60,000 nt of DNA from Malacoraja senta (GCA_038087875.1 CM075991.1:11782001-11842000), one strand, 5' to 3'; numbered from the stretch's first letter, positions 11,321 through 23,055 are shown. The notes: a model not told the origin generated them from the letters alone. Made by a program: numbers and translations.

Positions 11321-11984
11321 AGTCACTTACTTGATTAGACCTTCCCCACCAACAATACTCACCCTTAGACACAAAAAGCTGGGGTCAGGCAGCATCTCTG
11401 GAGAAAAGGAATAGGCGACGTTTCAAGTCAAGACCCTTCTTCAGACTTAAGAGACTGAAGAAGGGTCTTGACCCAAAACATTACTCTACCTTTCTCTGTT
11501 TCACTCCTTATACCTCTCATTTTTCTCTTTATCTCCCCTTCTCACTCTATCTCTCTCTACCTCTCTTCTCCATCTCCTCCCTCTACCCCGCTCTCATGTT
11601 TATCCAGGGTAGACAAAGATGGTGGAGAAGCTCAGCGGGTGAGGCAGCATCGCTGAGTTTCTCCAGCATCTTTGTCGACCTTCGATTTTTTCCAGCATCT
11701 GCACTTCTTTCTTATACATCATGCTTATCCAGTCTCTGTTGTCGGAGCTCGCTCTGCAGTTTCCCAGGACTCTGCACCAACTGCGATGTATTAGCTGTAG
11801 AATGTTGCATAGTTTGTGGTCTGTTGTCTCCCTGCATGTAAATCACAGACACCACTGCAGAGGAAAGCAGCCACGTTAATAAAAGTTGCGGCCAAACAAA
11901 CATCTGCTCCAAAAACACCACAGTCTCGGCCAGAGAGGTTGGAAATAAATTACTGTAACTACTCCAGAATTGTGGGTGGTGTCA

Positions 11985-12430
11985 GAGTGTGTGAGAGCGC
12001 GAGTGTGTGTATGTGTGTGTGTGTGTGTGCGTACGAGTGGAAAGATCATGAGTGTGTGTGAGTATCTGTGTGGGTGTCTGTGAGAGTGTGGGTGGGTGTC
12101 CGTTTGTGTGGCCACGTGCCTGTGTGTGTGTGTGTGTGTGTGTGTATCAGTCAGTGTCCCTCTGTGTGTGTGTGAGAGAGTGCCTGTGTAGGTATCTGTG
12201 TCTGCCTCTGTGTGTGTGTCTCTGTCTGTGTCTGCCTGTGTCTCTGTCGATGCCTGTGTCTCTGTCTCTGACTGCGTGTGTGTGTGCCTGTCTGTGTCTG
12301 CCTGCGTGTGTGTCTCTGTCTGCGTGTGTGTCTCTGTCTGCGCGTGTGTATGTGTGTGTGTGTCTGCCTGTGTCTCTGTCTCTGCGTGTGTCTCTGTCTC
12401 TGCCTGTCTGTGTCTGCCAGTGTCTGTGCC
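11985..12430. repeat. (TG)n/(TGTCTC)n compound microsatellite
   Basis: Direct inspection. Confidence 0.9.
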
Positions 12431-12929
12431 GAACATGATGTCAAGACCAACAATAATTGCTTGCACACTATCTATATTCCTCCATTCACTGCATATCCAT
12501 GTGTATATCCGCGTCTATTAAATGCCACTATGGTATCTGCCTCCACCACCACCCCGGGAAGTGTCTTCCAGGCCCCATCACCCTGCATGTATAAACACTC
12601 GCCCCGCACATCTCCTTTAAACATTTATCCTCGCACTTCAAAACAATTATTTCTAATGGGCTGCACAGCGGCGCAGCGGGTAGAGCGGCTGCCTCACAGC
12701 ACCAGAGACTGGGGTTCGAACATGAACATGAACTGGGGTTCGAACATCTGTGTGGAGTTTGCACGTTCTCCCTGTGACCGCGTGGTGGTCCAGTTTCCTC
12801 CCGCATCCGCGTGTGTGAGTGTCCTTGGTGCAGCCCAGTCATGGCTGTGATGGCTGCTGTACATGGCTCACCTGGGCGATGCCAGCTGTAGTTGCCTCAC
12901 CTGGGTAATGCCAGCTGTACATGCCTCAC

Positions 12930-13295
12930 ATAGAAACATAGAAACATAGAAAATAGGTGCATGAGTAGGCCATTCGGCCCTTCGAGCCTGCACCGCCATT
13001 CAATATGATCATAGCTGATCATCCAACTCAGTATCCGGTACCTGCCTTCTCTCCATACCCCCTGATCCTTTAGCCACAAGGGCCACATCTAACTCCCTCT
13101 TAAATATAGCCAATGAACTGGCCTCAACTACTTTCTGTGGCAGAGAATTCCACAGATTCACCACTCTCTGTGTGATTTTTTTTAAATTATCATCTCGGTC
13201 CTAAAAGACTTCCCCCTTATCCTTAAACTGTGACCCCTTGTTCTGGACTTCCCCAACATCGGGAACAATCTTCTTGCATCTAGCCTGTCCAACCC
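12930..13295 (-). mobile_element. CR1 LINE 3' fragment
   Basis: GLDRLDARRLFPMLGKSRTRGHSLRIRGKSFRTEM, plus tail. Confidence 0.85.
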
Positions 13296-14956
13296 CTCAC
13301 CTGGGCGATGCCAGGGATAGAGTACTTTCCCCGCAGTTGTAGTCATGTCTGGGTGGGGTGGGAACGGAGATGGTTCTCTGCGTGAATCCGCGTCAATGCA
13401 GGCCGGCACCTGCAGCCAAGTAACTGCATGGCTGCGATCCAACATCCAGCATTAAGCCTTGCTGCCTGCGATACTCTGAACTGTCACCTGCACCAAAAGT
13501 GGTCCCTGGACCGGTTTCTCCACCCACCTGCGATGAGCAGGTTTACCAGGGAAAGGCGGTGTTCACCGTGGGAATATCATGCGGCAACACGGAGAGACAG
13601 GGAACTGCAGATCCTGGCTTATACAAAAAAAACACACAAAGTGCTGGAGTAACTCAACGGGTCAGGCAGCATCTGTGGAGAACATGGATCAGTGACGTTT
13701 CGGATCGGGACCCTTCCTAGTTGATGCTTTCAAGAGGGAGCTAGATGGAGCTCTTAAAAATAGCGGAGTCAGGGGATATGGGGAGAAGGCAGGAACGGGG
13801 TACTGATTGGGGATGATCAGCCATGATCACATTGAATGGCGGTGCTGGCTCGAAGGGCAAAATGGCCTACTTCTGCACCTATTGTCTATTGTCTATAGTT
13901 AGACTGGTGGGCTGAGGATCTGAAACATCACCCATCCCTTCTCTCCAGAGATGCTGCCTGTCCCGCTGAGTTACTCCAGCATTTTGTGTCTATCTTAGGT
14001 TGAAACCAGCATCTGCAGTTCCTCCTACTGTTCTAAGCGTCTCATTGCACTGGCTGGGATCCCGGCCTGGTGTATAAATGACTCACTGGATTTCCTTCCT
14101 CTTCAACAGGAAACTCATTGTTGTGGTTTTTAACTTTCGAACGGTTGTCAAGGGTAAGGGGGAGAAGGCAAGAAAATGGGATTAGGAGTTCAGCCACGGT
14201 TGAATGGCGGGGTAGCATTGATGGGCTGAATGGCCTAATTCTACTCCTATATCTTGTGAACTTGCTGACCACTTCTAGTGACATCGCTTGATGGCGAGTG
14301 AAACCTGGACAACAATCCAAACCCGTTCCTTCTCTCCAGAGATGCTGCCTGTCCCGCTGAGTTACTCCAGCATTTTGTGTCTATGAAGGGAATAACGTTC
14401 AGTGCAAGATTAAGCCCGATTAAAGATAGTCCGGGGGTCTCCAGTAGAGTAGACGGGAGGTCAGGTGGTTCAGAAGGTGTGTCCTTTACTCCAGTGCAAA
14501 TCACCAAGAAATTGGTGCATCTCCAGGCGGGACTAGGGTAGATGGGGTGTGTTGGTCGGTATTGGCAAGGTGGGCCGAAGAGGGAGGGGACCTTGTGTGT
14601 CTCCGCTACAAGGTCCAACCTCGCGACCACACACTCCCGGCTTTCTCTCTCCCCCCCCCCCCCCACCATCCTGATGCAAGATCCCCTCCCTCTCCGCTCC
14701 TCCGGGAGTGAGCCTGGCTCCAAACCGCGTCTCCTCTCATAGCCTGAAGCAGGGAATGTACAGATTGGATCTCCCTGACTCACAGACCAGCAATGCGCCG
14801 CTCTGCAAGAACTGTGGAGGGAGATGGTAGTCGCTGGGGGAGGTTTTCACAAGATGGGCTTTGGACAGGAGACCCCAGACAGACTCCCCCCCCCCACCGG
14901 GAAATGCCAGACAAACAGAGAGACGCTGACCAGAGGAGTAAGCAAATAGTTCAATT

Positions 14957-14962
14957 TTTATT
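14957..14962 (-). terminator. PLAT: Probable PLAT polyadenylation signal (3' UTR about 1.5 kb)
   Basis: Minus-strand AATAAA (plus tttatt), preceded by U-rich/ATTTA sequence and followed by a GU/U-rich downstream element. Confidence 0.55.
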
Positions 14963-15492
14963 CTTGTTCTTTGAAAAAGAAGACACGTTGCAAAAAAATA
15001 TTTAAATATTGTATTAATATAATCCAGAAAAAAAAGCTAAAACATCCAAAATACAGAACAATAAATAGTTTAGTATGAACGGAAGTGTGAACTGTGAAGG
15101 TGGATTGTGTGTTGTCACTCACTCACACAGGCGTGCCTGCACACTCACTCCCAAACAGGCTCGCACACTTGCTCACAACCAGTGCGAGTTTGCAAATACA
15201 CTTGCACAACAGAATCCAGATTCTCGTGCATTTTTGTTTAGACACAGCAAGGAAATAGGCCTTCGGCCCACCGAGTCCATGCCGACCATCGATCAAAGGT
15301 TCACACTAGTTCTATGTTATCCCACTTTCTCATCCACTCCCTACCAACGAGGGGGCAATTTACAGAGGGCCGATTAATCTACAAACTCTCCGCTGACTGG
15401 ATAGCGCGAAACAAAAAGCGTTTCACTGTACCTCGGTGCACGGGCCAATAAAGTAAACTGAACCTTCGTGAGGTTGCTCGCTCGGTCACTGG

Positions 15493-15993
15493 CACGCACA
15501 CGCAGTCACACGCACACACGCAGTCACACGCACACACGCACACACGCAGTCACACGCACACGCACGCACACGCACACGCGGTCACACGCACACGCAGTCA
15601 CACGCACACGCACACACGCGTACACACACACGCAGTCACACGCACACGCAGTCACACGCACACGCAGTCACACGCACACGCAGTCACACGCACGCACACG
15701 CAGTCACACGCATACACACGCAGGCAGGCAAAAGCAGCAAATGATGAATTCACAGTAGTCTTGAAGCAAAGATTGATGTTGCTAATGCCAGCTAACTGAG
15801 GAAGGGGAGGGGGAGGGGGAGGGGCGGGCGGGCGGACTGTCCCAGTGCCGGACTGAGACGGTGTGTAGCTGTGGGTCAGGTACAGGCAGAATGTTCGTGC
15901 AGTGTGGGCACCCCCCAGGCACAACCTGTGTGTGTGTGTGTGTGTGTCTGTGAGCGTGCGTGTGTGTGTGTGTGTGTGTGTGTGTCTGTGAGC

Positions 15994-16036
<43 letters not shown>

Positions 16037-16043
16037 TGTGAGC

Positions 16044-16078
<35 letters not shown>

Positions 16079-16094
16079 CGCGTGTGTGTCTGTG

Positions 16095-16140
<46 letters not shown>

Positions 16141-16148
16141 TGTCTATG
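15493..16148. repeat. (CACG/CAGT)n tract (15493-15722) and (TG)n tract (15926-16148) in the probable PLAT 3' UTR
   Basis: Direct inspection. Confidence 0.85.
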
Positions 16149-16420
16149 CGAGTGGGAGATTGACTCCAGACCCAGGTTCAGTAGCCAGAGCTGCCAGTCT
16201 GACCAGATTGATCGGTGCGGTGGGGAGTGTGGGGGTGGGGAGTGTGGGGGTGGGGGTGGAGGAGACTGTGGAGGGGTAGTGTCCCCCCTGCCCGCGGGAG
16301 GGTGGGGACAGGAGCGCTGAGATTCTGCCGAAGGCGCTGGGGGGCTAAGGGCTACAGACAGACAGACAGCAGTGACCGACACCTCCAACCCCCGGGCCAA
16401 GGCCAATCTGCCCTGCCCTG

Positions 16421-16611
16421 CTATTCCTTCCAGTGATGACTCTTGCTGCTGTCCGGCGCTGTCATCAGCTTCTGCATCCAGTCCAGGTAGTTATGTACCT
16501 TGGTGTAGACGCCCGGCATATCCTTCTTGCCGCAGCCCACCCCCAGCTGATCACCCCCTGCAGGCGCATCCGATCCCCCTCCAGGCACACCAGCGGGCCC
16601 CCAGAGTCCCC
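16421..16611 (-). CDS. PLAT: PLAT last coding exon (catalytic Ser); 1-nt deletion in G-run at 16540-16544
   Basis: ctacag|[24 protein letters not shown] [shift] [39 protein letters not shown]. Confidence 0.9.
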
Positions 16612-19600
16612 CTGTAGAACAGACAGCAGCGTCAGGGTGGGGGCAGGTCAACATCCACACCCCATCCTCTACCCCCTCCCCTCCCCCACCACCACCTCCT
16701 CCCTCCCTCACCCACCATCCCTCCCCTCCCCCCCTCCCTCCCCCACCAGCCACTCCCCACCAGCACCCCATCACCCACTCCCCCACCCACCCTCCCCTCC
16801 CCCACCACCCCCTCCCCTCACCCACCATCCACTCCTCTCCCCCACCACCCCCTCCTTCCTCCCTCACCCACCATCCACTCCCCATCAATCCCATCAGCCC
16901 CCCCCTCACCCTCCCCTCCATAACCTCCCCCACGCACCCATCCCACCACCCCTCCCCTCCCCCCCATCCATTCCCCCACCCACCCTCCCCTCCCCCACCC
17001 ACCCTCCCCTCACCCACCATCCACTCCCCATCAATCCCTCCCCTCCCCCATCAGCCCCCCTCACCCTCCCCTCCATAACCTCCCCCACGCACCCACCCCC
17101 CCACTAATCAACCCCCCCCATCCATCTCAACCTCCCCCTCCACTAGATACCCCCCCCTCACCTTGCAGGCATCGCTGGTGCCGATGGTATCCCCGGCACA
17201 GATCATGTTGCCGGTGACGGTTCGGTTCTCGAGCCGAGCGGGGGTACACTGGCTCTCGGGGTACAGGCGCACGTTGGCCGTCTTCAGCTGCTTCGAGTAC
17301 CCGGGGCCGTCTGTGGGGGGACGGAGTGGGGGGGGGTCAGGGACGGCAACTCACCCTCCCCCCTCCTCCATACACACACACCCCCTCCCCAACCCCCCCC
17401 CCCACCCATCTCCTCCACAGCGAGTCCAGGAGTGAGGGAAGTACCACTCCCCTCTAGGCTCCCCCAGCCCCTTCTCCCTCCACCCTCCCCCCCCACACCC
17501 CATCACAGGAGCAAGATTATTGCGGCACGGTGGCGCAGCGGTAGAGACCCGGGTTCCATCCTAACTACGGGTGCTGTCTGTATGGAGTTTGTACTTTCTC
17601 CCTGTGACCTGCGTGGGTTTTCTCCGGGTGCTCCGGTTTCCCCCCACACTCCAAAGACGTGCAGGTTTGTAGGTTAATTGGCTTCTGCAAATTGTCCCTA
17701 ATGTGTGTAGGATAGTGCTAGTGTATGGGGTGATCGCTGGTCGGCACGGACCCGGTGGGCCGAAGGGCCTGTTTCCGTGCTGTATCTGTTAAGTCGTATG
17801 GATGGGCGAGGGTCAGAGGTCGTCTGTCCATTCCCTCCCTGGACGCTGACCGACCCGCTGCACCCCCCCCCCCCACACACAGTCAGTGCGGACAGTGGTC
17901 ACTCACATGCGTGCTCACGGCCATAGCCGGAGATCTCACACTCCATCCAGTCGGCTAGACGCTGGCCTCTCCGCGGCAGACACACCGGCCTCACCTGGCG
18001 AGTGGGGCGGGCACATACACCATCCTGGGGTCGCAGCTGGAGCAGCGCTGGGGGGAGAGAAACCATCACAGGAGGGTCACCGCATGGCACAGGGACACAG
18101 GCACACATACACTAGCACAGACACAGACACACAGACACTAGCACAGACACACAGACACAGACACACAGACACTAGCACAGACACACAGACACAGACACAC
18201 AGACACCAGCACAGACACAGACACACACACACTAGCCCAGTGGCACAGACACACAGACACTAGCACAGACACAGAGACACTAGCACATACACACAGACAC
18301 AGACACAGACACAGACACAGATACACAGACACTAGCACAGAGACACAGACACAGACACACAGACACAAGCACAGTGGCACAGACGCATACACAGACACAG
18401 ACACACAGACACAAGCACAGACACACAGACACAGACACAAGCACAGACACAGACACACAGACACTAGCACAGACACACAGACACAGACACAGACACAGTG
18501 ACACAGACACAGACACAAGCACAGTGGCACAGACACATACACTAGCACAGACACAGACATTAGCACCGTGACACAGACACAGACATTAGCACCGTGACAC
18601 AGACACAGACATTAGCACAGACACAGACACTAGCACAGTAGCACAGACACAGTGGCACAGACACACAGACACACAGACACACAGACACACAGACACACAG
18701 ACACAAGCACAGACACACAGACACACAGACACAAGCACAGTGGCACAGACACACAGACACAAGCACAGTGGCACAGACACACAGACACACAGACACAAGC
18801 ACAGACACAGACACTAGCACAGTGGCACAGACACACAGACACACAGACACAAGCACACAGACACAGTTGCACAGACACACAGACACAAGCACAGTTGCAC
18901 AGTGGCACAGACACACAGACACACAGACACAAGCACACAGACACAGTGGCACAGACACACAGACACAAGCACAGTTGCACAGACACACAGATACAGACAC
19001 AGACACACAGACACACAGACACAAGCACACAGACACAGTTGCACAGACACACAGACACAAGCACAGACACACAGACGCACAGATACAGACGCCAGCTTGG
19101 GGTCGCAGCAGCAGGGGGAGATAAACCATTATAGGAGGGTCACTGTATGGCACAAACACTCAGAAGGGGGGGGGGGTTATGGTGGGTGGAGGTGTGAGGA
19201 GGAGAGATGTGGGGGCATTAAGGGCAGGCAGGGTTGGTTTGGGGGGGTATGGAGGGAGTGGGGAGAGAGGGGGAGTAGGAGTGGCCCGGGTTCGGGGGGG
19301 GGGGGCTGGTGGGGGGAGAGGAGGGGGGTGGTAGGGTCCGGGGAGGGAGGGAGGGGGGGCAGGGGTGGTAGGGTCCGGGGGGAGGGGGAGAGGGTTGTAC
19401 CCATACCGATGTCGTGGTCGAAGGTATCGCCGTCGAAGTCCTTATGCAGGAAGTAGTCGTCCACCCGGAGCAGCTGCTCTGCTGCCGATTCCCGCTCGCT
19501 CAGCGTGCGGCCCAGTGCCACCCGCAATCCCCAGGCTTCTCTCCCTGTGGCACAGAGACTGGACGTTAGCCCCGACACCCTGTACCCAGCCCTGCCCTGT

Positions 19601-22600
19601 ACCCCCTTCACCCACCCAGCGCCACCCGTCACTGCCCCCTGTAGGTGTGCCCACACCCAGGGGCGGAAATCCTGGGGGGTACAGGGGGTGGGGGGGGGGG
19701 GGGGCACGTCCCCCTCATGTTTTGATAGCGATTTCCGTGCCTGCCCACACCCTGCCACCGAACCACTCTCCCCGAGACCCGCCTCGCAGACAGCTGTGGG
19801 TCAAATGCAGGCAACTAAAAATAGTTCCGTTGGCCACAGTATGGAAATTGGGAGGTCATGTTGCAGTTGTACAAGACGTTGGTGATACCGCATTTAGAAT
19901 ATTGTGTTTAGTTCTGGGCACCATGTTAGAAACATAGAAAATAGGTGCAGGAGGAGGCCATTCGGCCTTCGAGCCAGCACCGCCATTCATTGTGATCATG
20001 GCTGATCTTCCCCAATCAATAACCCGTGCCCGCCTTCTCCCCATATCCCTTGATTCCACTAGCCCCTAGAGCTCTATCTATAGAAACATAGAAAATATGT
20101 TGTAGGAAATATATTGTCAAGCTTGAAAGGGTTCAGAAAAGATTTACGAGGATGCTGCCAGAGGGTCTGAGCTATAGGGAGAGGTTGAGTAGGCTGGGTC
20201 TCTATTCCATGGAGCGCAGGAGGATGAGGGGAGATCTTGTAGAGGTATACAGAATCATGAGAGGAATAGATCGGGTAGATGCACAGAGTCTTCTACCCAG
20301 AGTAGGGGAATTGAGGACCAGAGGACATGTTTCAAGGTGAAGGGGAAAAGATTTAATAGGAATCCGAGGCGTGACTTTTTCACACGGAGGGTGGTGGGTG
20401 TATGGAACAAGCTGCCAGAGGAGGTAGTTCAGGCTGGGACCAACCCATCGTTTAAGAAACAGGTGCATGGATAGGTCAGGTTTGGACCAAGCGCAGGCAA
20501 ATGGGACTAGTGTAGCTGGGACATTATTGGCCGGTGTGGGCGAGTTGGGCCGAAGGGCCTGTTTCCACACTGTATCACTCTGTGACTCTATGACACCTTG
20601 GTCAGCTGGCTGCCCATTTGCCCCCGGCCGCCTTACCTGTTCTCGAAGCAGTGGGCAGCAGAGACAACCCAGCAGGAGCGGATCAGGCTTCCTCCACAAT
20701 GGAAGTTCCACGACTTAGCCCTGCGGTTGAAGGTTAAGATGGCAACCTGCCAGGGGTGGGAGCTGATGTCCACGGGCGACCCGCCCAGGATGCGGAACTG
20801 CGCCATCTCCGGCTCCCTCTTGCCACACATCTTCTCTGCACACAGAGACACACACACACACCAGAGTCAACACTGCCTCTCGCCAGACTAAAACCATCGC
20901 GCAAACCAACCTTCCCTCCATCCACCCCATCTACACCTCACGCTGAAGACAGACACAAAAAGCTGGAGTAACTCAGCTGGACGGGCAGCATCTCTGAAGA
21001 AGAGGTCTCGACCCGAAACGTCACCCATTCCTTCTCTCCTGAGATGCTGCCTGTCGCGCTGAGTTACTCCAGATGTTTGTGTCTATCTTCCGTTAAAAAC
21101 CAGCATCGGCAGTCCCTTCCCACACCGCAAGGCCAGCAGCATCATCAAGGACCAGTCGCACCCCGGCCACTCCCTCTTCTCCCCTCTCCCATCGGGCAAG
21201 ATGTACAGAAGTGTGAAAACTCACACCTCCAGATTCAGGGACAGTTTCTTTCCAGCTGTTATCAGGCAACTGAACCATCCCCTCACGAACTAGAGAGTGG
21301 TCCTGACCTCCCATCTACTGAGTACAGACTGAACCCAAAACATCACCTATCCATGTTCTCCAAAGATGCTGCCTGACCCGCTGAGTTACTCCAGCATTTC
21401 TGTGTCTTTCTCTGAAGTGTCATATTCAGCACGAACACCTAATTTAGTTTCGAGACACAGCACGGAAACAGGCCCTTCGGCCCACCGAGTCCGCACACTG
21501 GTTCTATGTTATCCTCATCCATTAGGGGGCAATTTACAGAGGGGGCAATTAACCAACAAACCTGCACGTCTTTGGGATGTGGGTGGAAACCGGAGCACCC
21601 GGAGGAAACCCACGCAGTCACAAGGAGAACACGCAAACTCCACCAGAGGTCAGGATCGAACCTGGGGCTCTGGCACTGTGAGGCAGCGGCACTACCTGCC
21701 GCCCCATCAGTATTGTGTGTCGTGCTGTGCTGCTGATCTATGTTCTAAGCCAGACCCACCACCCTCTGCTTTAACTTTCTAACTCGTTTTTCTTCAAGAC
21801 AGCAAGGGATTGGAGTTCCCTCCCAGCCAGCATCAGAGGTCTCCAAAACATCAACACATCCAAAGATGCAACTCCAAAAGCATTTCCACCTCCACTAGGT
21901 GGGGGGGGGGGGTTTGGGGGAGGGGTATTCTCACCGTCTGGGTCACAGGATTGGATGCCACAATGCTCCTTGATAGCCCTGCGTCCCTTCCTGATGTAGC
22001 ACCACGGCTCACTGTCTCCACTGGGATTCCTGCAACGACACACAGCCACCGTTAAAGGGCCTGTGCCACTTCCCCCGATTTTTTTTCGCCGACTTGCCGG
22101 CACTCGTCATTGTCGCAGCAGGTCGCCGAAAGTTTTCAACACTTTGGAAATTTTTGGCGACCTGCTGCGACTATGACGCCTGTTGGGTCGTGAGTAGTCG
22201 CCCAAAGAGTCGTACCTTTTTCCGGTCGCCGCTGGATTTTCAGCATAATGAAATTTTTCGGCAACCTGCTGCGACTATGACGGGTGGCGGCAAGTCGCCG
22301 AAAAAATTCGCGTAAGTGGGACAGGCCCTTAAGTGGGACAACGTCTTTGCGTTGAGCTTCCAATGGATGTCCTTCCACCATTTGACACCAAGTGACCTCA
22401 CCGCCACTCATTGCCCCACCCTCTCCTTCGACCCCTACTCTCCCTCCCACCCCCTCCCTTCATGCTCCCCTCCCTCAACACCCCCCACCCTCCCACCCGT
22501 ACCTGCAGTATCTGTGGCTGCCCAGGTCCAGTTCATGGGCCTTGTTTGACCAGGCGTTGTACAGCCGCGCCCGCAGCTCCTCGCTGTCCCAGCTCAGGCA

Positions 22601-23016
22601 CAATCTCCCCGACACTGAGCGGCTCACCGTGCCCCGGTAATCCCCGCCGCCGCCCGACACGCACTCCGAGGCTGCTTCTGTGGGGAAGAGGGGCCGGAAT
22701 CAGCACCGTGGGGGTGTGTGGGGGGTGGGGGGGGTTAGTGGGGGTGACGGTGGGGGCGCCGCAGTCAGACGCGTCATATCATTATGATGGGCGGGGGAAT
22801 CCCCCTCCCTGCCCTTGCCCACCCTCCCCCTTATCCCTATCGCCCCCTCCCCGTATCTCCCTCCTCGCCCTATCCCCCCACCCCCTGTTCCTCTCACCCC
22901 CCCCCTGTGGCGGTGGTCACTCACGGTCGGGGCAGGGGTCCAGGCGGCATCTCTCCCAGCCCACCACGTGCCCAATGTAGACGTGGCACCAGGGCGTCGT
23001 GTCATCGTCGGGGTTC
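16421..23016 (-). CDS. PLAT: Tissue-type plasminogen activator, 3' part of gene (8 exons: kringle half, full kringle, serine protease domain)
   Basis: Two kringles, QFR|ILGG activation site, catalytic AAHC / DHDI / GDSGGP, S1 Asp (DACK) and conserved NRT glycosylation site. Exon phases match tPA, and the gene lies next to IKBKB. Confidence 0.9.
17162..17310 (-). CDS. PLAT: PLAT protease exon (149 nt)
   Basis: cccacag|(Y)[49 protein letters not shown]|gtgagg. Confidence 0.93.
17523..17790 (+). mobile_element. HE1-type V-SINE
   Basis: tRNA-like head, V-domain, and gggccgaagggcctgtttcc tail. Confidence 0.85.
17907..18047 (-). CDS. PLAT: PLAT protease exon (141 nt)
   Basis: cccccag|[47 protein letters not shown]|gtgagt. 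Confidence 0.93.
18095..19085. repeat. (CACAGA)n-type satellite, about 1 kb, in a PLAT intron
   Basis: Direct inspection; source of the TDTQTHRH and CLCV ORFs. Confidence 0.9.
19407..19544 (-). CDS. PLAT: PLAT protease exon with catalytic Asp; 138 nt from the best acceptor, 1 nt out of phase
   Basis: ccacag|gg [45 protein letters not shown] g|gtatgg. Confidence 0.88.
19830..20590 (+). mobile_element. CR1 LINE 3' fragment with a nested antisense CR1 tail (~19927-20090)
   Basis: [38 protein letters not shown]. Confidence 0.85.
20637..20835 (-). CDS. PLAT: PLAT exon: activation site and catalytic His (199 nt)
   Basis: gtgcag|[66 protein letters not shown] ag|gtaagg. Confidence 0.95.
21935..22029 (-). 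CDS. PLAT: PLAT protease-proximal kringle, second half (95 nt)
   Basis: ttgcag|[32 protein letters not shown]|gtgaga. Confidence 0.93.
22056..22329. mobile_element. PIF/Harbinger-type MITE (274 bp)
   Basis: TIRs AGGGCCTGTGCCACTT...AAGTGGGACAGGCCCT flanked by TAA on both sides (22053-55, 22330-32); interior is largely self-complementary. Confidence 0.8.
22503..22677 (-). CDS. PLAT: PLAT protease-proximal kringle, first half (175 nt; tandem CAG-AAG-CAG acceptors)
   Basis: cccacag|[59 protein letters not shown]|gtacgg. Confidence 0.93.
22925..23016 (-). CDS. PLAT: PLAT upstream kringle, second half (92 nt)
   Basis: ttgcag|[31 protein letters not shown]|gtgagt. Confidence 0.93.
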
Positions 23017-23055
23017 CTGCAACGGGCACACGTTACACAGTGTCTCCCCCACATT

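Noticed and set aside
16421..23016. Alternative identity as PLAU, HGFAC, F12 or HABP2
   Set aside because: Those have one kringle; here two kringles, QFR|I, tPA-like exon phases and IKBKB adjacency favour PLAT.
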